Made by a program: the position numbers and the translations under genes
Source of the DNA: an uncultured Aminicenantes bacterium
Lineage (GTDB): Bacteria > Acidobacteriota > Aminicenantia > UBA2199
DNA: 64,000 nucleotides
NCBI GenBank assembly: GCA_965195285.1
Contig: CBDAFS010000062.1
Span: 32,001-96,000, forward strand
Direction of reading: 5' to 3'
Shown here: positions 50,151 to 58,973 of the stretch, in pieces
Layout: each line of letters starts with the position of its first letter
Numbering within the stretch: the first letter of the stretch is position 1
Notes under the pieces: model-generated
What the model was told of the DNA's origin: nothing
What the model saw: the letters and a program-made list of their open reading frames with translations, nothing else
Database searches by the model: none

Positions 50151-51054
50151 TCTGTTTTTTTATTGGTCCGAATATACGTTCAATATTATAGTCTTCTTGA
50201 TTTTTCATCACATAGTAAGAAGCACGAGCAATTTTATGAGCTAAAGCTTTTATTGCTACAATATTACTTGTTTTAGCAGCTTTTCTCTGGAAAAATCTCA
50301 TTGCATAGGGGCAATTTTTTTTCGCATGATTGGCTACTTCAACATAAGCCCAGGATAAATATTTATTACCATTCTTTCTGTTGTTTTCACCTTTCTTTTT
50401 TCCATTCGAGTATTTACCACTTGAAACACACCTGCTATAAGAGGAGTAATTTCCTACTTTTCTAAAACGATCGATTTCTCCTACTTCAAGCGAGATAGTG
50501 AGAGCAAGAATGTTCCCTATTCCGGGGATAGTCAATAGTTTTTGGAATTGGGACATAGGTTTAATAAAATCTAAAACCTTTTTTTCAATTTCTCTTATTC
50601 TCTCACTCAGAAAGATGATTGTTGCAATATTGGCCTGTATGGGCAGTCCTTTGCCGAACTAACATTAAACGCTTCCTCAGTAAATCTCTTATGGGCCTCT
50701 CTTTCTTAGGTTAAATATAACCAGTGGGTAATATCCCTAATCTTAATAACTCTGCTAAAAAAAAGCATCACCCTGGTCATTTACATACTTCTTGCCTTCA
50801 TACTGCTTGATTGCTGACGGATTTTCCAGATGGACTTTGTAACCATCTTCAATTAGAGGATCAACCAACCAGTACCAATTTTAAGTAGATTCTACAACAA
50901 CTCCTTCAATTTTCTCTTTAAAAGGCTGCAACTCCCCGGATATCAATGCATAATGATTGGGAATCTTCTTCCTGTAAATTCGCTTACCATCCTCATCTAC
51001 CATACCTAACACCGTGTTAGTAGAATGAAGATCCATACCAACATAATTTTTCAT
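50131..51054 (-). pseudogene. IS110 family transposase/recombinase pseudogene
   Basis: YVGMDLH, VVVEST*NWYW, ENP, TIPGIG, SSGK, NGNKYL; stops at 50883 and 50713, 1-nt deletion in the A run at 50757-50764, and an internal deletion near 50638. Confidence 0.93.
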
Positions 51055-51171
51055 AAAACACCTCCTTTATTAACTATTTGAAGGTATTTTACTACTTTTA
51101 TTTAATCATACAGAATGCCTTCTATATGATTATCAGGTCTTTGATTTAAGTATTTGTCCTTTTTTATAAAC

Positions 51172-51194
51172 TCAAGAATTCAAGCACCGTCCCC
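51172..51194 (+). repeat. Island motif copy at the right island boundary
   Basis: TCAAGAATTCAAGCACCGTCCCC followed by CGTCTT micro-duplications. Confidence 0.75.
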
Positions 51195-51220
51195 GTCTTC
51201 GTCTTCCGTCTTATTCTTTT

Positions 51221-53341
51221 TTATTTTTGTGGAGTTTTCTTTTTGGCTGTATAGACTCCTGAAGGTTGATAAATTTCGAAACCGGTTACGTTGCCTTCTT
51301 CATCGATTAAAAATTTCAGGTTGATCATTTTATATTGTTTAATGGAAAATTCGTCGCCCAGTTGAGGCTCCAGATCGAAAAGCGGTGCTCCAGGTAATAG
51401 CAGAGTAAGGCTTTTCCCTTTCAATTCCACGGTGAAGGTCTGGCCGCTAAAATCATACTGCCCGGTAAACTGTTTCAGGAACTCCGGATCGTAAAAACGG
51501 GCAGCCGGTTTCATTTTGAAAACAATCTCCTCAAGGGTCGCTTCAAAAGGAACTTCCAGAGCTGACACAAGACCTCTTACATTGGTTCTGAAAGTCAGCT
51601 TGGTATCCTGGAAACTATCATCGGATGCTTCAGCCCCATTAAAAGTCTCAAAATGCCAGTGGTTCAGTGGTGTCGAAATCCCATTGAAGGTGAAAGCAAG
51701 TTGCTTGTCTTTTAAAAAAACCCTTAATTCACCGTATCCAGGGTGAACGTAAGTGCCGGTATATTCCTTAAGTTTATGAGCAGGATGAGTCCCTTTTTTT
51801 TGCCGTACCAGTTTTTTCTGTTTGGCTTCCTTTTCAGTTTGTTCGCCCTTCCCCTTCTTATCGGCAGCTTCAGAGAGCCATTTGATTGGTTCCAATTCCA
51901 ACAGGCGGTCGATGGCATGACGGATAAGCAGCTCAGGCAGGCCAGTGCCATTCTTATTGGCGAGAACGACAAATCCGAAACCGTCCTGAGGAAGGAAACT
52001 CACCATGGCAGAAAAACCGTCAATGTTTCCACCATGATGAACCCGGTGATGGCCACGGTAATTATCGATAAACCAGCCCATACCATAGTCAGCCGGTGAG
52101 ATTTCGGGTCTTTCATAAGTATTGCCTGTCGGCATATGAACCAGGTGCATGTCACCGATGGTAGAGGTATTAATAATTTGTTTTCCCCCGAATTTGCCCC
52201 AGTTGATGTGAACCATCACCCAGTTGCTCATTTCATTGATACTGGAGTTAATGGAACCGGCAGGTCCGATATTGGTGATGTTACGAAATGGAATCTCTTC
52301 TATTTTTCCTTCTTTTTCCCTGTAGGGCAGAGCATAATCAGTATCCTTCTGGGAGTCCAGAACTGAAAAATTGGTTCTTTTCATGCCCAGGGGGGTGAGT
52401 ACATGGGTCCGGATGGCATTTTCCCAGTTCTTTTCGGTCAACACTTCAACCAGATAACCGGCGGTTAAAAACATCAGGTTATTATACTGAAACTTTTCGC
52501 GAAGGTCAGCTGTGGGTTTCAGATGGGCCAGCCGCTGAACAAACTCTTTCCGGCTGGCAGTAAAATTGTTGTACCACATCAGATCATGCCGCGGTAATCC
52601 TGAGCGATGGGTAACCAGATCCCGTGGAGTTAACCGTTCTCCTGCATCCTGATCATAGAGGCGAAACCAGGGTATGTAATTTCGAACCGGTTTATTCCAC
52701 TCCATTTTGCCCTGATCCACCAGAATACCCAGAGCAAAGGTTGTAAAAGCCTTGGAAGATGATCCTATAGCCAGCAGGGTATCGGCGGTCATGGGAAGTT
52801 TCTGTTTGATGTCTCTATAGCCAAATCCCCTGGCTAATATAATTTTATTTTCTTTTACTATGGCCATGGCAAGACCCGGGACCTTGAATGTCTTCAAAGC
52901 CTCTTCAATGACCTTATCAAAACCAGCCAGTCTCTTTTTGGCCCGGGTAACTGGATCAGATCTCTCCATACCAAAGGGAAAGGTTTGGCCGCCCTGGGTA
53001 AAATGTCCACTGATGGTTTTACCATTCTCGCTTAATTGGCCCTCAAAGCTCGGATTGCCAGGGATACCCTTGATAGTAAAACTGACATCTTGCAGGGTTA
53101 CCGTAATCTTCTCCAGAGCAATATCTTTGGCTTGCTGAAGGGGAATAGAGATATCTCCTTCCCACAATCCCTCTTTATCCTGCTGAAAGTCAATATTAAA
53201 ATTCATCGGTTGTTGAGGGATGTCAATCTTTCCTTCCCAATGACCGGAAATAGAAGTTTTCTGATCGTTTGTTGCACCAACCTGAATGACTAATAATATT
53301 GCCAGGCAAGCAATAAAAAATTGTTTATATGTTTTATTCAT
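51221..53341 (-). CDS. Secreted serine hydrolase (beta-lactamase/peptidase S12 family) with C-terminal DUF3471-like domains
   Basis: Signal peptide, SxxK (GSSSKAF), YxN (QYNN), HGG; AAGGAG RBS. Confidence 0.9.
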   Translation of the reverse strand: MNKTYKQFFIACLAILLVIQVGATNDQKTSISGHWEGKIDIPQQPMNFNIDFQQDKEGLWEGDISIPLQQAKDIALEKITVTLQDVSFTIKGIPGNPSFEGQLSENGKTISGHFTQGGQTFPFGMERSDPVTRAKKRLAGFDKVIEEALKTFKVPGLAMAIVKENKIILARGFGYRDIKQKLPMTADTLLAIGSSSKAFTTFALGILVDQGKMEWNKPVRNYIPWFRLYDQDAGERLTPRDLVTHRSGLPRHDLMWYNNFTASRKEFVQRLAHLKPTADLREKFQYNNLMFLTAGYLVEVLTEKNWENAIRTHVLTPLGMKRTNFSVLDSQKDTDYALPYREKEGKIEEIPFRNITNIGPAGSINSSINEMSNWVMVHINWGKFGGKQIINTSTIGDMHLVHMPTGNTYERPEISPADYGMGWFIDNYRGHHRVHHGGNIDGFSAMVSFLPQDGFGFVVLANKNGTGLPELLIRHAIDRLLELEPIKWLSEAADKKGKGEQTEKEAKQKKLVRQKKGTHPAHKLKEYTGTYVHPGYGELRVFLKDKQLAFTFNGISTPLNHWHFETFNGAEASDDSFQDTKLTFRTNVRGLVSALEVPFEATLEEIVFKMKPAARFYDPEFLKQFTGQYDFSGQTFTVELKGKSLTLLLPGAPLFDLEPQLGDEFSIKQYKMINLKFLIDEEGNVTGFEIYQPSGVYTAKKKTPQK

Positions 53342-53391
53342 ATCACATCTCCTTAACATTATTGTCAATTTACTATTTTTGATATTAATAT

Positions 53392-54192
53392 CTAATAAAC
53401 CAGCATGCTCAAATAGGCCACCACCTGGTTGTAATCACCGCTGACCTTACCGGAATGGGTATACTCCACGATTTCAGTATGAGTGGCCCCGGCCTCCAGG
53501 GCAGCTTTGAGCATGACGACCGTTGCAGACATGCCACACATGCTGATACGCCTCTCTACAACCACCTCATATAATCCCTCCGGGTCCAGGGCGGATATTT
53601 TTTCAATGGCCCGGTGATCCTCTTTTTCAGCGGTTCCGGCTTCGATATAATGACTCATATCGGTTGAGGCAACCATTAAAACCGAAGGTTGAGTTTTCAG
53701 GCAATCGCCAATTTCCCTTCCCGCCTGAATCAATCTATCTATCTCCAGGGAGGCAACCATGATGGGTAGGATCCGGGCACGGGGATTCAGGTACTGAATG
53801 AAGGGGACCTGAACTTCCAGGGAATGCTCTTCCAGGCCAGCCTGACTATCAATGGTAAAAACCTCACTGTTTTCGACCAACCTTGATCTCAAATCGTCAT
53901 CAATCTCACAATCCCCCAGGGGCGTATTCCAGTGGTCATGGCCATCAATGATTAAAGGCTCTCCAAGGCCCCTGTGATTGACACCGATAATGATCACCGA
54001 ATCGGGGATGTCAACCAGGCCAAATCCCTTTCCCGCACAACTCCCGGAATACACATATCCGGCATGGGGTGAAACCAGACCCACTACTTTTTTCCTGGTA
54101 TCTGAGAATTGAATGAGCTGATCGAGCTCAGCCCGGAGCGCTTGCCCATCACCCGGATAAAATATCCCGGCCACAGACGCTTTTCTGATCAT
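53392..54192 (-). CDS. amrB: AmmeMemoRadiSam system protein B (MEMO1 family)
   Basis: RKASVAGIFYP, PHAGYVYSG, EHSLEVQVPF, ASTDMSHY, SMCG. Confidence 0.95.
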   Translation of the reverse strand: MIRKASVAGIFYPGDGQALRAELDQLIQFSDTRKKVVGLVSPHAGYVYSGSCAGKGFGLVDIPDSVIIIGVNHRGLGEPLIIDGHDHWNTPLGDCEIDDDLRSRLVENSEVFTIDSQAGLEEHSLEVQVPFIQYLNPRARILPIMVASLEIDRLIQAGREIGDCLKTQPSVLMVASTDMSHYIEAGTAEKEDHRAIEKISALDPEGLYEVVVERRISMCGMSATVVMLKAALEAGATHTEIVEYTHSGKVSGDYNQVVAYLSMLVY

Positions 54193-54209
54193 TTTTTCTT
54201 CTCCACAGG

Positions 54210-54238
54210 AGAGATATCACGTCTTCAATCAAATGTCA
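54210..54238 (-). promoter_or_regulatory. Candidate sigma70 promoter of amrB
   Basis: TTGACA-17 bp-TATCTC with a TGn extension. Confidence 0.45.
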
Positions 54239-54285
54239 AAACATTTTCCGGTCTGTTATACTTTCATCCATCAATCTATTATATT

Positions 54286-54423
54286 GGTAATGGCGTACGG
54301 TATAAGGAGTGACGAATATTTAAGGAGGAGGTGACCCTAAATATTCCGGTTACTCTTTTTTTTTGTTGTTGACCTTTGACGAAGAAAAACCTTATACCGT
54401 ACACCATGTACCCCACACCTTCT
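54286..54423 (+). ncRNA. Unknown structured RNA (three-way junction, Shine-Dalgarno sequence in loop, possible pseudoknot)
   Basis: P1 54286-54307/54390-54412, P2 54308-54325/54335-54354, P3 54356-54368/54377-54389; strand inferred from G-U pairs. Confidence 0.55.
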
Positions 54424-55704
54424 TTATTTACCATAAACCATTTTCCTGTTCCTGACCACCACTTCTCCGGACTTAATCACCGTATGAACAGGATTGATAC
54501 CCAGGTGATAGGCCAGGTAACTGTAATCCGGAATGTCCATTAAAAGCACATCCATTTTTTTTCCCAGGGCGATCGAACCCGCCTGCTGATGCCGATCAAT
54601 GGCATAGGCCGCATTGATGGTAACCGTATTGATCGCCTCTTCCACGGTTAAACCCAGCAGATATATTCCCAGATGAAAAATGAACAATTGAGAAGAAACC
54701 ATTGAACTGCCGGGATTAAAATCAGTTCCCAGGGCTACAATACCGTTTTTATCAATAATTTCCCTGACCGGGGCATACTGATCCAGTTTCAGAAAAAAGG
54801 ACACACCCGGCAATATAATACAGGAAGTATCCGAGGCTGAAATGGCCTCTATCTCTTCCCCGGTCATGGCAATCAAGTGTTCTGCGGATACCGCCTTTTT
54901 ATTGACTGCTAACAATGCCGCATTGTTGGAAGTGAATTCATCTCCATGTATTTTTATTTTAAAATTGTGTTCCAGTGCCCGGTCAATATAATATTCGGCT
55001 TCATCATAAGAGAAATAACCGTTCTCACAAAAAATATCCACAAACTCTGCCAGATTACGTTCCTTTACCCGGGGCATGACCTTCTCCACCAGAAATTCCA
55101 GGTATTCCCTGTTCTTTCCCCGGTATTCCTCCGGAATTTCATGTGCACCCAAAAAAGTGGGGACAATGTCGATCGGATGAAATGAATCCAGGGCTTCCAG
55201 TACTTCCAGTTGCTTTATTTCCGTGGTTTCATCCAGGCCATATCCACTCTTGGCCTCAACCGTGGTGGTGCCGGAAGCCAGGATCTGATCCAGTCTTTTT
55301 TCACATTGAACCAGTAGATCATCATAGGAGATTTCCCTGGTTCTTCGAACCGTACCCTTGATGCCACCGCCTTTTTCAGCAATCTCCTGATAACTGACAC
55401 CCTGAAGCTTGAGGCGGAACTCATCCTGGCGGGTACCGGCAAAGGGCAGGTGGGTATGGGGATCCACCAAGCCCGGGAAAGCCACGAATTCAGCCCCGTC
55501 AATAACCACTGCATCCGGAGATAGTTTACAATTCTTCTCAAAATCTGACCGGTGCCCGATAAATGAAATAAATTCCCCTGATGCACCAAGCCAGACATCA
55601 TGGGAAATCTTGATAGAATTCAAATCATTCCCCCTGACCACAGTATTTCGGGCCGGGTTAACCAGTGTTTTGATATTTTTTACCAGACTATTGACTTCAA
55701 TCAT
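54424..55704 (-). CDS. hutI: Imidazolonepropionase
   Basis: PGLVDPHTH, GGGIKGTV, EAKSGYGL, TFLGAH, DIFCE, ALGTDFNPGS. Confidence 0.95.
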   Translation of the reverse strand: MIEVNSLVKNIKTLVNPARNTVVRGNDLNSIKISHDVWLGASGEFISFIGHRSDFEKNCKLSPDAVVIDGAEFVAFPGLVDPHTHLPFAGTRQDEFRLKLQGVSYQEIAEKGGGIKGTVRRTREISYDDLLVQCEKRLDQILASGTTTVEAKSGYGLDETTEIKQLEVLEALDSFHPIDIVPTFLGAHEIPEEYRGKNREYLEFLVEKVMPRVKERNLAEFVDIFCENGYFSYDEAEYYIDRALEHNFKIKIHGDEFTSNNAALLAVNKKAVSAEHLIAMTGEEIEAISASDTSCIILPGVSFFLKLDQYAPVREIIDKNGIVALGTDFNPGSSMVSSQLFIFHLGIYLLGLTVEEAINTVTINAAYAIDRHQQAGSIALGKKMDVLLMDIPDYSYLAYHLGINPVHTVIKSGEVVVRNRKMVYGK

Positions 55705-56944
55705 TTTTTTCTGTTACTTTGGGGCGTTGAAAGGAGGGAACTTCAAGAATATCGTCATAATTTTCCGGATTCTGGGCCAGGCTGGGAAGGTTCCCCTCAT
55801 TGATATATTCCAGGTCGGTTAAATTTATGGTTTTCTCAGCTGTCTTGAATAAATATTCCTGGTCGCTGTCCTTTTTCCGTTCGGGCTCTTCAGGTAACAT
55901 TTGGGGACTTTTTTGACTTTTGGATTTACTGAGAAAAGTTGGTTTCATGCCTTCACTTCTTTGCTGAATGCCTTTTTTGAACCCCGTGGCAATAACGGTG
56001 ACCCGAAGCACTTCTTCCATTCTGTCATCATCCACTATTCCGAATTTGATCTTGGCATTCGGAGCCGCATTTTCCTTGATAATATCGGAAATGACTCCTA
56101 TTTCCTTCAAGCTCAAATCGGAAGCAGCGGTGATATTGTAGAGAATTCCGGTGGCTCCATTGATGGAAATATTATCCAGCAGGGGAGAAGTCAGGGCCTT
56201 GCGGGAAGCTTCCTCGGCCCGGTTCTCGCCCTTGGCTTCCCCGGTACCCATCAGGGTCATTCCCTTTTCTGACATGGTTGAGCGAACGTCGGCAAAATCT
56301 ACATTCTGATAGCCGGGATGGTTGATTATATCCGAAATCCCTCTGACCGCTTTCAGCAAGATTTCATCCACCTTTTTATAAGCTTCCTTATAGGAAAGGT
56401 CGGAATCCTCAAGTTCAAACAACCGCTGATTTGGAATCACAATCATGGCATCAACGCTTCCGGATAAGTTCTTGATTCCCTGTTCAGCCACGCTCATTCT
56501 GTTTTCCCCTTCAAACTCAAAGGGACGGGTGATCACAGCCACGGTCAATATACCCATGGAACTGGCATGATTGGCAATTACCTGACTGGCCCCGGTTCCC
56601 GTGCCACCGCCCATTCCGGCCGTAATAAAAACCATATGGGACCCATCCAGAACATCGATAATGGCATCGGTGTTTTCCAGGGCTGCCTCCATACCCACTT
56701 CGGCATTGGACCCCGTACCCAGGCCCCGGGTTATCTTATCACCGATCTGCAAGGTCATGGCGGGTTCTTTGATATGGGAGAGATCCTGGTTATCGGTGTT
56801 AACGGCAATAAAATCCACCCCTGATAATCCTTCATCTATCATGCGGTTGATGGCATTACCACCCGCTCCGCCGACTCCCAACACCTTGAGCACCGCCCCG
56901 CGCTTTTTGGCCTTGGCATAGGTAATTTTGATGTCTCCTTTCAT
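55697..56944 (-). CDS. ftsZ: Cell division protein FtsZ
   Basis: GVGGAGGNA, NTD, GMGGGTGTG, PFEFEG, NVDFAD, C-terminal LEVPSF. Confidence 0.99.
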   Translation of the reverse strand: MKGDIKITYAKAKKRGAVLKVLGVGGAGGNAINRMIDEGLSGVDFIAVNTDNQDLSHIKEPAMTLQIGDKITRGLGTGSNAEVGMEAALENTDAIIDVLDGSHMVFITAGMGGGTGTGASQVIANHASSMGILTVAVITRPFEFEGENRMSVAEQGIKNLSGSVDAMIVIPNQRLFELEDSDLSYKEAYKKVDEILLKAVRGISDIINHPGYQNVDFADVRSTMSEKGMTLMGTGEAKGENRAEEASRKALTSPLLDNISINGATGILYNITAASDLSLKEIGVISDIIKENAAPNAKIKFGIVDDDRMEEVLRVTVIATGFKKGIQQRSEGMKPTFLSKSKSQKSPQMLPEEPERKKDSDQEYLFKTAEKTINLTDLEYINEGNLPSLAQNPENYDDILEVPSFQRPKVTEKND

Positions 56945-56953
56945 TTTTACCTC

Positions 56954-58174
56954 CTAAAATCCAAACCATTCTTTAGCTTTTTGCATCCATCCCTTGGGCT
57001 GATTTTTAATCATCCCCCGGTCTTTCAAATCCAGCAGACCGTATTTTAACAGCCCGACGGCTGTAGAAAAATCAGGTGTATTCACCTTGTCAATCAGGCC
57101 TCCGGCCCCGTAGGAATTCCCGATCCGGACAGGAGCCGAAAATATTTCATCGGCAACTTCTATCAATCCATCCAAAACCGCAGAGCCTCCGGTCAACACA
57201 ATACCCGCATTGATTTTATCTTCGAAACCCTCGGATTCAATTTTGTTTTTGACCATTTCGAAAATTTCTTCGGCCCGGGGCCTCAATATATCGGATAACA
57301 ATGAAACCGAAATCAAACGCTTTCGTTTACCACCCACACTGGGTATTTCAATGTTCTGGTTTTTTAAATTCGGATCCATGCCACAACCGTATTTTCTCTT
57401 GATCTGTTCGGCCTTATCAATCGGAGTCCGGGTTCCGATAGCCAGATCATTGGTGAAGTTGTACCCTCCCACACCGATAGTGGTGGCATAACACAGGGCC
57501 CCCTTTTCAAAAACGGAAATATCGGTCGTGCCACCGCCAATATCAATTAAGGCCACACCCAGTTCTTTTTCATCATAGGTCAAGACGGCTTCGGCCGTAG
57601 CAATATGTGACAACACGGTAGAGATCACATCAATTTTGGCTTTTTTCAGACACATCAGCATATTTTTTATCGCTGGCTTCGAGGCAGTCACAATCAGGAT
57701 ATAGACATCCAGGTTGCTCCCGATCATCCCCTTGGGATTTTTGATATCCTCCTGGGAATCCACGATAAATTCCTGGGTGAGAACGTGAAGGATATCTTTG
57801 TTGTTGGGAAGCATGATACTGCTTCCATGGGTAACCGCCCGGTCAATATCTTCCGTGGCGATTTCTCGATTTCTTCCGGTTATGTTAATGCTGCCCTTGG
57901 CATTTATCGATTGAATATGGCTGCCGGAGATATTCACATAGGCGGACTCCACCTCAACCCCGGCAGTTAGTTCGGCTTCTTTCACTGATTTTTTTATATC
58001 CTCTACGGTTTGGTTCATGTCCACTATCACACCCTTTCGGATACCCTTGGATTCCGCGATTCCGTAACCGATAATTTCAAGATCATCACTTTCTTCATGG
58101 GACTTCAGCTGTCCGATCAGGGTACATATTTTTTTGGTTCCGATATCAATGCCCACCAGATATTTTCCTTTCAT
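56954..58174 (-). CDS. ftsA: Cell division protein FtsA
   Basis: GIDIGTKKI, DIGGGTTD, IVLTGG, TAVGLL. Confidence 0.98.
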   Translation of the reverse strand: MKGKYLVGIDIGTKKICTLIGQLKSHEESDDLEIIGYGIAESKGIRKGVIVDMNQTVEDIKKSVKEAELTAGVEVESAYVNISGSHIQSINAKGSINITGRNREIATEDIDRAVTHGSSIMLPNNKDILHVLTQEFIVDSQEDIKNPKGMIGSNLDVYILIVTASKPAIKNMLMCLKKAKIDVISTVLSHIATAEAVLTYDEKELGVALIDIGGGTTDISVFEKGALCYATTIGVGGYNFTNDLAIGTRTPIDKAEQIKRKYGCGMDPNLKNQNIEIPSVGGKRKRLISVSLLSDILRPRAEEIFEMVKNKIESEGFEDKINAGIVLTGGSAVLDGLIEVADEIFSAPVRIGNSYGAGGLIDKVNTPDFSTAVGLLKYGLLDLKDRGMIKNQPKGWMQKAKEWFGF

Positions 58175-58175
58175 C

Positions 58176-58973
58176 TTAGTTCACGACCTCCTTATCAAAT
58201 TCCAGATAAAACCGATTGGCAAATCGAAGATCAACCTTTTTGATTCGATGCTTATTTAAAGCCAGCAATTTCTTCACTTTCAAAAAATAGTTAATCTTTC
58301 CGGCATAATCCTGTTCCCCCGGATAGAATTTCTCTTCCATGCCTTTCAGTTTAACCATGACCCCATAAGGCTGCTTGAATCCGATGTATTCCAAAGAATC
58401 TTTGATCTTGATCAGCTCCCCGAAATAGGGAATGATGGCCTCAAGCTCCTGCTTTTTTACTCCCTTAATGGTCATCAGGCCCGCTCTGGGTCTTTGACGG
58501 GTATACAACGAGACCCCTTCCATATCAATGAGGTGATACCGCTTATTCAGGTATACCTGAAAAGCAGGCTTTCTCAAAGCGAAACGGATCTCAACGGTCG
58601 AGGGCAGAATCCGGGTGATCGAAACATCCTTTACTTCATTAATACTGATCAACTTCCTTTTCAAATGATCAAGGCTTAAACTTAAAATATTGCCCCGGAA
58701 ATAGGTTAACAATTGTTTGACTTTTGCCTTTCCGTATTGGGGACTGTTGACCAGCCTGACAGTTTTGACATTCAGTTGATCCCAGGAAAGTATGAACCGG
58801 GCTGACATATAAATGGTAATCCCGATCAACAGCAGCAGAATACAGATGAGAATCAGATGAAGTCCTTTCAGTTTAATGGTTTTTATCTTTTTCTGCCTGG
58901 AGATATCTCGAGTATTGTGCCGCCGGAAGAAATCCATTTCCCTTCTCAAGCCAATACTGGAGGCCTGCCTCAT
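58176..58973 (-). CDS. ftsQ: Cell division protein FtsQ/DivIB
   Basis: TM helix, POTRA (RILPSTVEI), C-terminal VDLRF; position before ftsA. Confidence 0.88.
   Translation of the reverse strand: MRQASSIGLRREMDFFRRHNTRDISRQKKIKTIKLKGLHLILICILLLLIGITIYMSARFILSWDQLNVKTVRLVNSPQYGKAKVKQLLTYFRGNILSLSLDHLKRKLISINEVKDVSITRILPSTVEIRFALRKPAFQVYLNKRYHLIDMEGVSLYTRQRPRAGLMTIKGVKKQELEAIIPYFGELIKIKDSLEYIGFKQPYGVMVKLKGMEEKFYPGEQDYAGKINYFLKVKKLLALNKHRIKKVDLRFANRFYLEFDKEVVN

Larger units (their letters stand above)
49866..51134 (-). mobile_element. Degenerate IS110-family element
   Basis: Transposase pseudogene plus structured 3' non-coding end; upstream end at GATAATCATATAGAAGGC (51134); downstream boundary tentative. 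Confidence 0.75.
43560..51200. mobile_element. AT-rich accessory island (hipBA, RAYT remnant, lipoprotein, WD40 protein, IS110)
   Basis: Visibly lower GC than the flanks, mobile and defence-type content, repeated motif copies; boundaries approximate. Confidence 0.75.

Noticed and set aside
50711-50883. Two TAA codons at probable Tyr positions in the IS110 transposase, suggesting stop recoding
   Set aside because: The same gene has a frameshift and a deletion, and TAA is a normal stop throughout the window.
54109-54412. Short ORFs in the hutI-amrB gap (67 aa; MAYGIRSDEYLRRR; MVYGIRFFFV...) as leader or toxin peptides
   Set aside because: No convincing, properly spaced SD; the similarity between the two mini-ORFs follows from the inverted repeat. 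Cannot be fully excluded without ribosome profiling.
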